Assembly (NCBI GenBank): GCA_002189035.1
Contig: NEEC01000017.1
Span: forward strand, 1,488,001 to 1,552,000
Length of the DNA stretch: 64,000 nt
Direction: 5' to 3'
DNA from: Utricularia gibba
Lineage: Eukaryota; Plantae; Magnoliophyta
Every line of letters begins with the position of its first letter. The first letter of the stretch is position 1. The notes below the pieces were generated by a model. The model had not been told where the DNA came from. It was given only the letters and a program-made list of their open reading frames with translations, and ran no database searches. Made by a program: the position numbers and the translations under genes. Positions 55,386 through 64,000 of the stretch are shown here, in pieces.

Positions 55386-56107
55386 CAATCGTATTTATTC
55401 GAAAATTAGTCGAATTACCAAAATCTTGAAATTAGGGATTAAGACTAATTCCCTTTTTCCAGATTGGGATAACTCCAATATATGGATCATAATTAATTGA
55501 CAAAGGTGGCCTGCCACTCACCACTACGCCATATGAGGACTTGCTTTAGATAAAGAAAGTGGGCCCACCCGCTCCAACAAGGGTGGCTACGAGCAGCTTC
55601 CTCCGGAGCCGCCCACGCTCCTTCATCGCCCACCACTTTCTTGGCCCTCCTCATTGCTCCTTATGATTCTTGCCACAACTTGGGAAAAGCAAAAGGATAA
55701 AGAGTCTGCTTTTCAAAGTTCAATGGATATTGGATAATAACATTCAAAAGAGGAGAAGTTGGAAATGACGAATGTTTGATAATTCGAGATCGATTGAAGT
55801 TCTCTTGTGTGTTGTTGCAACGATGAACAAACACACCAAGAGCACGTATGTTGTGAAGATGCGTATCTATAGCTAATAAAAAGAATTTTGAAATTAGAAG
55901 AGGTGATGGTTTACAATCGTTTTCATGTCATGTGATATTGTTTGTTTTGAACATTCAAATCTTTAATATTATTTTATTTTTTATATTTTTGATTTATTTT
56001 TATAAAAAGTCATCAACTTTCAAATTACTATAAATCAATCATGTTTAATAACTTTTAAGTTACTATCAAGAAAATTTCATTGTGCTTTAAAAGATATGTC
56101 ATGTAAG

Positions 56108-56280
56108 CAGTGGCGGGCGCATTATTTTATGGAAGGGGGCGAAACATGAAGGGGGAGGGGGGCAAAACATGATAATAGGGGCGAAACTTAATGATAATCG
56201 TTCAAATTTCTAAATTTTTTTTAGAAAAATAACGTATGAATTTTCTGGGGGATGGCCCCATCGCCCCCACCTTGTGTCCG
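56108..56280. mobile_element. Degenerate hAT-like MITE with 8-bp TSD
   Basis: Left end CAGTGGCGGGCGCA. Right end TGTGTCCG, with the terminal CCACTG missing. Flanks CATGTAAG (56100-56107) and CATGTAAT (56281-56288). Internal subrepeats GGGGCRAAACATGA. Confidence 0.6.
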
Positions 56281-56997
56281 CATGTAATATAATTTCATGT
56301 TTATGATTCATATGAGGTTCTCTTAAATTAATTCCGTTGTTTTATCGTATAATTTAAAAAGATAGTCATTTATTTTCCACACATTAAATTAAAAAATAAA
56401 ATTTTAAAATGTGATTATTTTCAAACGGCCCCATTTGCTCCCCTTTGCGACCAGATTTGACTCGAGTAAGCGCTGTGTAGTACGAAGTTTACACGTGCGC
56501 AATGGCGCAATTACCAAAGCGAAGCAGCTAACCTCCTCCTCCGAGGAAGATTCCCTGAATCCTTGAACGGTCGCATTTATTACCGGAGCCGCCGTACTTG
56601 CCCGGAATATCGTCCACATTCAACCCTCCCCATCCCACCGCGCGCGACCCGTTTCCAGTCATCCCATTCTAGTGACGGAATCACTGATGATTGAATATTC
56701 TCATTTCAAATTATTCAAACAAAATAAAAAAAACTGTAAAAATGTCGATGTAAGATTATTACATGCTACGTTATTGTTCGATTCTCTCGTCAAAGGGTAA
56801 ATTTGACAATCGAACATATTTCAATTATGATTTATATTGGTGATTTTTTAAATAAGAGAAACAAGGAGATAGGTAGGGGTGCACATCATTTCCTAAAATG
56901 TGAGTGACGATGGCTTCCTATTTGTTGTGGGAGAATATTTGGGCATTAAATCTATTGTCTTTTTATTATTTAAAAAAGGAAATATACGAGTCATCGC

Positions 56998-57226
56998 TGA
57001 CGTCATCGGTACACTGGTCTGAGTTGTCACGAGATTCCCCTCGTGTCCCTTTTGTGCGACCTACCGCTAAAAGGGGGATCTCCGCAATTTTGATGATTCC
57101 GAGGGGATGCGATTACAATTAGTTAATGTTTGGGGTGCTTAGCGCAATAAAATGAAAATTGCGGGTATTATGGAGCGGTTACCTTATCTAGTAATGTGGA
57201 GTGTTTGGACATTGGCGTCTATAAAT
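56998..57226 (+). promoter_or_regulatory. MGL proximal promoter: TGACGTCA (bZIP site) and TATA box
   Basis: TGACGTCA at 56998-57005 and TATAAAT at 57220-57226, 58 nt before the ATG. CACGTG further upstream at 56492. Confidence 0.55.
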
Positions 57227-57283
57227 AGATGGTAATCTTGGGGCGTGGAATCGTACCCCTTCTTCCTCGGAACTCCAAATCCC

Positions 57284-58738
57284 ATGGCGGAAGCTGTTGA
57301 CAGGAAGAGATACCTTAATGGGTTCAAGGATCCGGCGGCGGCGCTGGCCAGTGCTCGCCATGAATTCGGTGAGCACGGCGGTGTTAATATGTCAATTGAA
57401 GCCTCTGCCACCTTCACTGTCATGGAGCCGGACACCATGCGCCGGATCTTCTCCGGGGAGCTTGGCCCGGAGCGCGATTTCTTCATCTACAGCCGCCATT
57501 TCAATCCCACGGTCCTCAACTTGTCCCGATTGATGGCCGCCATGGAGGGTACCGAGGCTGCCTACTGCACGGCCTCCGGAATGTCGGCTATTTCCGCTGT
57601 GCTTCTTCAGATCTGCGGCTCCGGCGGGCACATCGTCGCTTCCCAGAAGCTATACGGTGGAACCCACGCGCTGCTCAGCCACTTTTTCCGCCGCGCGTGT
57701 GGAATAACGACGAGCTTTGTGGATATTGGGAACTTGGAGATGGTGGATAAGGAGATTGTGGAGGGAAGACCAAAGTGCTGTATTTCGAGTCCATTTCCAA
57801 CCCGACGCTGAGCGTTGCTAATATACCGGAGCTCTGCAGGATAGCGCACGCTAAAGGGGTCACGGTGGTCGTCGATAACACCTTTGCTCCGATGGTGCTG
57901 TCGCCCGCTAGGCTCGGCGCCGATGTGGTGATTCATAGTATTTCCAAGTTCATCAGCGGCGGCGCTGATATAATCGCCGGCAAGCCCTCTCTCCCTACTC
58001 ATCTTACTTTTTTATCTCTTAGAAAGTAAAGAGATTCAATGTGCACTATCTACCACCCTACAGCGGTGGACCCCCGTCTTCTTCATGTGAAAGGAGTAAA
58101 TTCGCGTGGCGTTTCCGGTGTCTTCTTCTCTGCCATCTGTGTTATGATTTAAAGAATATTTTTTTGGTATGATGACAGGGGCAATCTGTGGACCGGCGAG
58201 GCTGGTAAACTCGATGATGGACATGCATCAAGGAAGCCTTATGCTGTTAGGTCCAACGATGAATCCCAAGGTGGCTTTCGATTTATCAGAAAGGCTGCCC
58301 CATCTCGGTCTCAGAATGAAAGAGCATTGCCGGCGTGCGGGCATCTTCGCCTCTCGGATGCAAAAGCTTGGTCTAAAGGTACACTACCCGGGGCTCGAGG
58401 ATCACCCAGACCACAAGCTTCTCAAATCAATGGCGAACGAGGAGTACGGATACGGCGGACTGTTGTGCATCGACATGGAGACGGAGGAGAGAGCGTACAG
58501 GCTGATGAATGCGTTGCAGAACGCGACGCAGTTTGGGCTCATGGCTGTGAGTTTGGGATACTACGAGACCTTGATGTCGTGCTCCGGTAGTAGTACTAGC
58601 AGTGAAATGAGCGAGGAGGAGAAGGCGCTGGCCGGAATCTCGCCAGGGCTCGTGAGGATGTCCATTGGGTACACTGGGACCTTGGAGCAGAAATGGTCTC
58701 AGTTCGAAAAAGCTGTCGCTAGAATGAACTTGGCTTAG
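57284..58738 (+). CDS. MGL: Methionine gamma-lyase; exons 57284-57979 and 58179-58738; apparent 1-nt deletion at 57763-57767
   Basis: ARHEFGEHGGVNMSIEASATF, YSRHFNPTV, ASGMSAIS, LYGGT, LYFESISNPT, VVDNTFAP, HSISKF (PLP lysine), AVSLGYYETLMSCSGSSTSSE, GLVRMSIG. Confidence 0.96.
57980..58178 (+). other. GC-AG intron (MGL)
   Basis: GCCG|GCAAGC ... GACAG|GG restores GADIIA-G-AICG. Confidence 0.8.
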
Positions 58739-58955
58739 AGAAGCTGCTCTGTTTCATGTCGCAGTTTGTGTTCTCCATTTCCATGTATTACTGCTAGTGG
58801 GAATGGCTCTGTATCGTATCTTCCAAATAACACAACACTCTGGAGAACACACAATGAATGAAAGAACTGCCTATAACAAATGAATGAAATGAAGTATTGA
58901 ACCTAAAACTTCTCCTATAATCAAGTTATGTTGTAAACCAGATGCTGATGAACTT

Positions 58956-60806
58956 TTATCCAGAGCTCCACGCAGATATGGAGTAAAGTGGCTGATCCAT
59001 CCAGCTGAGAGTAAGATGAGCAGTTCCTGTATCCAATATTTCCTGCTTCTCCACCTTGAACTTCTCCTGATGGGGATACATTTTCAGTATCATCTTGGCT
59101 TGTGAATGCTCCCTGTCCCTGATTCCCATGCTCCTGAATCCTGCTTGCTCCATCCAGTGCCGCCAATGTTCAAATTTTTCATGTCTCTCGATCCTATCTT
59201 CTCCTTCACAGGCGATGATATTCCTTATCTCACAGCCATACAGTTGCTCTATCTTGATCCTGACTTCGCTCGCCAATGGGAGGCTGCAATCAATGAAGTC
59301 AAAGATGGCTGAGTAGTACTGCAGCGAGTTGGCAACTCTTGAATCCAGACCCATCTCGTTATGTTCTGCTTCTTGCTCTGCTATGATAACTGCTTCAGCA
59401 TTTGTGCTGCGGATCAAGTCTAAGAAATCCAGTAGTTTCCTCCTTTCCTGGATCCTGTCATTGACCATCTTGTGTAGCTGGAAGATGCAGTTTACTGCCA
59501 GCGTCTCGCTCTCCTTGATGTGAAGCATCCACAGCCTCACATCTTCCAGCTGAGAAACTGCCACTGGATGAAACTCAAAAGGGAGATTCAATGCCTCAGC
59601 AAAGCCGGAGAGTAGCTCCCCTGTCTCTAATAGCTCCTGCTTCGATTCCCCGACGCCGGTGATCCTGATGTGCGTCGGAGGGCCTTTTCTGGACGCCAAG
59701 CTTTGAAACAAACTAGGCCATTGCAGTCCTTGCTTCACCCCGAAATCGATTATATGAATTCGGTCCTTCTTCTCAAAGGCTCTCAACAGAATCTCGTTTG
59801 AAGTGAAATGGATGAACTTCACAACTGGAGTTATCTGGTTCAGCAGCCTCAAACCTGCGCTAGCATCGTCTTCGGCTGGATCGAATACTCTACGAGCTGC
59901 AACCTCAAAGATAAGAGGCCACTTCCTGGTCACATGCAGTGCCAACCCCTCTGTATAATAAGCAGCAAGACGGTGGACAGCTGAACCACCTCTTGGAGAA
60001 GCAAGCTCCCCAAGCCTAGCTAAACAATGGCTAATAGCAGCAATGTTTCTTAAGCCAATATGCTCGATGCAGGTCACGAGTAAGCTTAAGAGCTCAATGC
60101 AATCATCTTCCATGCATCTCTTTCCTCCATGAGATTCTTGTTCTGCTAAGGCAATCTTGTTGGTTCCTTTACCTGATGACAACACATTACCCTGTCCATG
60201 ATCCAGTTCAAAAATCAAACCTTTACTGCCAGATGAAGTAGTGCTTGATGATGATCTTGAAGTTGTCTCCTTGATTTTCACAATGGTGTCTTCTCCTGCT
60301 CCCAAATCAGTAAACCCAGTCACAAAAGGATGAGTCCAAATAAAATTGGAGAGTGGTGAAAGTGGCAGACATGGATATGATACTGGAAAATTGGGTCCAT
60401 CATCTCCAAAAGTCTGCCTGTTCACTCTCTTTGGACAGCTCTCCTCTTCATTACAAATTTCTTCAACTTGTCTCTTTCTAATGCTGCTACTCTGCTCCCA
60501 AAACGCATGCTCATTCTTCTGGTTCTTCTTCGTCCTACTCACAACAGGGAGTAGTTTGATATTCTGCGGCTGCTGCTGCATCAAAGGCATACTACTTGCC
60601 TTCTTATCAACATTCTTCTCAACAGAAACACCGACTGGTCTACCAGACTCAGTGATGGAGGACACATCTTTCCTGGTGAAACTGCATGGCAAATCCAATC
60701 TCTGTGTACTCATTACAGGTATATGACAACCCTGAAACTGTGCAGATGCTTCCCCTTTCAATCTATGCCTTGGTGAAAGAACTGTAGATGAACAGCCAAC
60801 CAACAT
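58956..60806 (-). CDS. SCL28: GRAS transcription factor, SCL28-like, single exon
   Basis: N-terminus MLVGCSSTVLSPRHRL..MSTQRLDLPCSF, recalled as typical of SCL28. GRAS motifs LRI, HFTSNEILLRAF, IHIIDF (VHIID), QWPSLFQSL, EQEAEHN, RIERHE..W, LTLSW..LYSISAW. Confidence 0.92.
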   Translation of the reverse strand: MLVGCSSTVLSPRHRLKGEASAQFQGCHIPVMSTQRLDLPCSFTRKDVSSITESGRPVGVSVEKNVDKKASSMPLMQQQPQNIKLLPVVSRTKKNQKNEHAFWEQSSSIRKRQVEEICNEEESCPKRVNRQTFGDDGPNFPVSYPCLPLSPLSNFIWTHPFVTGFTDLGAGEDTIVKIKETTSRSSSSTTSSGSKGLIFELDHGQGNVLSSGKGTNKIALAEQESHGGKRCMEDDCIELLSLLVTCIEHIGLRNIAAISHCLARLGELASPRGGSAVHRLAAYYTEGLALHVTRKWPLIFEVAARRVFDPAEDDASAGLRLLNQITPVVKFIHFTSNEILLRAFEKKDRIHIIDFGVKQGLQWPSLFQSLASRKGPPTHIRITGVGESKQELLETGELLSGFAEALNLPFEFHPVAVSQLEDVRLWMLHIKESETLAVNCIFQLHKMVNDRIQERRKLLDFLDLIRSTNAEAVIIAEQEAEHNEMGLDSRVANSLQYYSAIFDFIDCSLPLASEVRIKIEQLYGCEIRNIIACEGEDRIERHEKFEHWRHWMEQAGFRSMGIRDREHSQAKMILKMYPHQEKFKVEKQEILDTGTAHLTLSWMDQPLYSISAWSSG

Positions 60807-61595
60807 GTTTTTTTCACACCTTCGTCTTCTTCAAGAGGCTCCCCACCTTCCCCGATACTGGAATCTTCTGTTAGTCTCTCCTTAGCTTCTGTACTTTGAT
60901 GGCAGTGTATAGTATAATGAAATGGTGTATCCCGAATAAAAACAAACAAAAGGATGTTATTCTCTACAGTGTATTTGGTTTTGAAAGGAGATGAAAGGAA
61001 TAGTTATGTGCAAGAAAGAATGCTGACACCACAAACAATCGGAAGAATGAATCAAATATAACTACCTAAGACGGAATAAAACAAGAAAAAGGGCATCAAA
61101 CCCGACTCATCTCCATGAAAATGATCTTCTTGTCAAACACAAACATGGTAGTGACATACGTTTCTTCAAAGAATAGAAAGGGAAACGGCAACACAGAATC
61201 CCACATTTTCCTTGTTTCAACACCATTTCAGTTCTATCTAAACACAGACACGAAACCATAACAACGTTGAACCCTCGAAACTCATGAACCACAATCAAGA
61301 GAGAAAATATTTTTTTAGTTAACCCAGAAAAAGAAGGCCCAACCCCAGAAACTCATGAATCACAAACATGAGAGAAACATCTTATTTTGTCGAGTTTTTC
61401 CAAAGTTAACCCAAAAGAAGAAGAACCCCACAACCCAAAACCCAGAAACCGGCATGGAAGAGGAATGGAGTTGTAAGCAAGCCCAAGGAGGGGGACAGTC
61501 CGTCATGTGCCTATATATATATAACCAAGTGCATCAAAAGGAAGGCGCAGAGAGTCTGGGATTTTGAATCAGACGGCGAATGAGCAGAAATAGGA

Positions 61596-61734
61596 CCGTT
61601 TCCTTAGGTAGGCCCACCTCCTTTGTCGTGTCTGGTGGAATATGACCGTTGGTAGGAATAACGAAGACAATTATACGGCCGGGCGCCACGTCGGCATTTT
61701 TTTCATTTTTTTCTTTCTTTCGGAGTCGACCGTT
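61596..61734 (-). promoter_or_regulatory. Cluster of three MSA (AACGG) elements upstream of the SCL28 TATA-like tract
   Basis: Minus-strand AACGG cores at 61596-61600, 61646-61650 (ACCAACGGTCA) and 61730-61734 (TCCAACGGTCG). TATA-like run at 61512-61524. Confidence 0.65.
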
Positions 61735-63722
61735 GGAAACCATTGAATTTCTTTCCCCCTTTTCACACGCAAACGCTACCTGACGGTTTCGTCCGGTTGA
61801 ACCGCCGGCCCGATCAGGGTTGAAAGCACAAGCAGGTTCAAAAGAGTACGGTCTCTCAGTTTCTTAGTGGCTTCAGGCCTGAAGGAACTCACAAGCTTCC
61901 CTGATGCGGATCGAATGCAACAATCTTACTTATTGCATCTGGGGAGGAGCAAGATGCCATACCGAGGAGCTTTTTGCTCCAGAGACAAATGAGCGTGTAA
62001 CATCCTGAGTCATCTGGGTGCCTTGAAAGTTTGCAGAAGACAGGATATGTAGAAGAAGATGGTGCAGAGCATAGAGAAGGATTGAAGGCGAGAACAGAGC
62101 TGGATGATGATGCCGTCGCGATGCTCTCAGTGCTTTCGAGTTTGACAGCTACTTTTTCCCCTTCCCTCATTCGCACCTTCAACAACTCATTCCCATTCAC
62201 TCATTATATCCCATTCGGTTTCCTCTAATTCTTGAACTTAGAGAACTTTTCTGCAAGATGTTCTTGGAAGGCGAATCTGTGGTGATGAGTTCAAAAAAGG
62301 TAATGGGAATCATCCAGTGTTTTCAAGAAGGCTTTCTGTTACTGCAGCGAAGGCAGCCACAATGCTGCCCCTTGATTCACCTCAGTTAACGAAGAACTCA
62401 CCCCTTCCGGGAGCAATGCAGCTTTTCTTTCCGCCATTCTCATGAACCAGTGCACCAGAAACTGCGATGCGAATTGAAGCAATGGAATGGATGCTTGATT
62501 TACAGACGAATACGAAGGAATGGGAAGCTTTCTTCTCCCAATCTCTAAGCTTTTACAGAGAATCTAGTCCCAGGGTTCCTACTCTTCTTTTCATCTTCTT
62601 ATAATTCTAGATAAATTCTAGTTAAATTACGATTTTTTTAAATTATAAATAATTATACTTTTAAATAGTTAGTATTGCATTTAAATATTTTAATTTTAAA
62701 TCTAAAATTTTAAATTTATTGTAATAATATAAAATATAATGCATAGATTATATAATATTTTTATAATATAAATACTTTACAAAAATATGATTTTTTTAAA
62801 ATTTATTCCCATTTCTTTAATTTTAACATAAATTAATTTTATAGTAATCATTCTCAAAAAAATCATATAAAACATAAATTTGTCATGAGGAGACATTTAG
62901 GCCGAATGGCCCAACACTATTGGGCTTTAATGATGCCGAGGGCCCAGTGTTGTGACCCATTCATAGAGGAATGCGGCAATGCCTGCTCGGAGAACTGACA
63001 TTTTCAGTTCTGAACCAGGAGTGGGATTCTGGAGTTGTTCGTTCTTTCCACCCATTTTCCATAACCGGGTTCATAGAACTTGGTAAGGAGTTGACTTTTT
63101 ACAAAGGAATAATAAATAATATTATTTTTGAACCAAATAGACAATCATCTTCATTAATAGTAAAGTGAACTGTAAGAAGAAACTTGGCAATGGCGGGGCG
63201 AAATGGGACTGGTTATCCCCTCCAGCGAAAAGCTACGCATAAAGAAAAGTGAAGGTCAGATATGTCTGGATTTTAAATTTTGTTATATATATATGTATAT
63301 ATACATATGTTTGTATGTAAAAGTTGGTATACGTTCAGCTCCGGAGGTGAAGAAACCGATCCCTTAATCGAACGTTGGAGTCTAGTTGTCTTGATTCCTT
63401 TTGCTTTGTGTTTGCTGAGTTGTAGGGCGTTTTTCAAAGAAGCCCAGTTCGTGTTTATGGGATTTTGCGGCCAGACGTATACTGCTGTTTCTTTGCCACC
63501 TTTTCTTCTTCGTGGTCGTGGGTGTTTTTCTTGTTTCGTTTTTTAAATGGGTCACTGTATTGAGTTTTGTTTGCTCTACGGGATGATTATCGACTGATTG
63601 GCAGTGATCTTGGATCTGGAATCAGGGCAATTGATGTTCTGGAAGAGGATCAACGCAGTGGTGAACGTTGATGAAGATCTGTTGAGATCAGTGTTTTTCT
63701 GGTTTAGAATAGTGGATTTCTC

Positions 63723-64000
63723 ATGTCTGGTAATTCCGAGAAGCGGAAACAGCCGCACCCACGGCGGCTAATAGCACTGTCGATCTTCGTCGTGATTTCA
63801 TTCTCAGTTTCCCTTCTGCAAACCCCGTTTCATCAATTATCTTCCACATCCAAATCAGGGATCCGGTAATTGTGATAAATGCTTCGTCCAATTCGCATCT
63901 GGAATCCCCTGTCACAATCCGTGGCTCATCTGCAGAAACCAGTTCAAAAGCAGAGACTGTACAGAGAAGAAACAACTGCAATGGACCTGAGCCTCTTCTT
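63723..64000 (+). CDS. 5' end of a probable type II Golgi glycosyltransferase (GT47/exostosin-like); truncated by the window edge and needing one extra base
   Basis: MSGNSEKRKQPHPRR (basic tail) and LIALSIFVVISFSVSLL (TM). After a 1-nt shift it continues DPVIVINASSNSHLESPV..NNCNGPEPLL, open to the window end. This resembles the stem and C..PL that precede KVYMYDL in GT47 proteins. Confidence 0.5.

Noticed and set aside
55799-55845. Hairpin as a known conserved miRNA (ends GAGCAC like miR156/157)
   Set aside because: Only the last 6 nt match and the stem is too short. Kept only as part of the unexplained island.
63721-63981. 86-aa minus-strand ORF or FQMRIGRSIYHNY frame as the last exon of a minus-strand gene
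   Set aside because: No recognisable family. The + strand reading (tail, TM, stem) and the upstream T-rich leader and site II motifs fit a + strand gene better. Not fully excluded.

Overview
This is eukaryotic nuclear DNA from a flowering plant (eudicot), not a prokaryote. It is very gene-dense: 19 complete intron-containing or single-exon genes plus one gene truncated at the right edge, about one gene per 3.2 kb. Introns are mostly 70-150 bp and many genes are separated by short, extremely A/T-rich spacers. No LTR retrotransposon, rRNA, tRNA or CRISPR array is visible. The compactness and protein signatures suggest a miniaturised Lamiales genome such as Lentibulariaceae (inference only). Gene order: ABC1K3(+), PXN(-), PURA1(-), uncharacterised membrane protein(+), RING-H2 E3(+), glucosidase II beta(-), uncharacterised plastid membrane protein(-), CPN60B(+), DTC(+), DUF1639(+), importin-5/KETCH1(-), XPB(-), AP1/2 beta-adaptin(+), Trx-f(+), LRR-RLK(-), BOD1/Shg1-like protein(-), PPR-SMR SOT1(-), MGL(+), SCL28(-), probable GT47 exostosin (+, partial). 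Gene identities come from recalled similarity to plant proteins, not from a database search. I found no convincing new multi-gene system. The main signals from manual splicing are: (1) five GC-AG introns among about 120; (2) six clear and two probable single-base deletions in short runs (mostly G/C) within conserved exons, most likely assembly consensus errors; (3) a perfect 91-bp tandem duplication that copies a splice donor; (4) a hAT-like MITE remnant with an 8-bp TSD upstream of MGL; (5) an MSA cluster upstream of SCL28; (6) compact bidirectional promoters and very close convergent gene ends; (7) two unexplained exon-like or structured intergenic islands.
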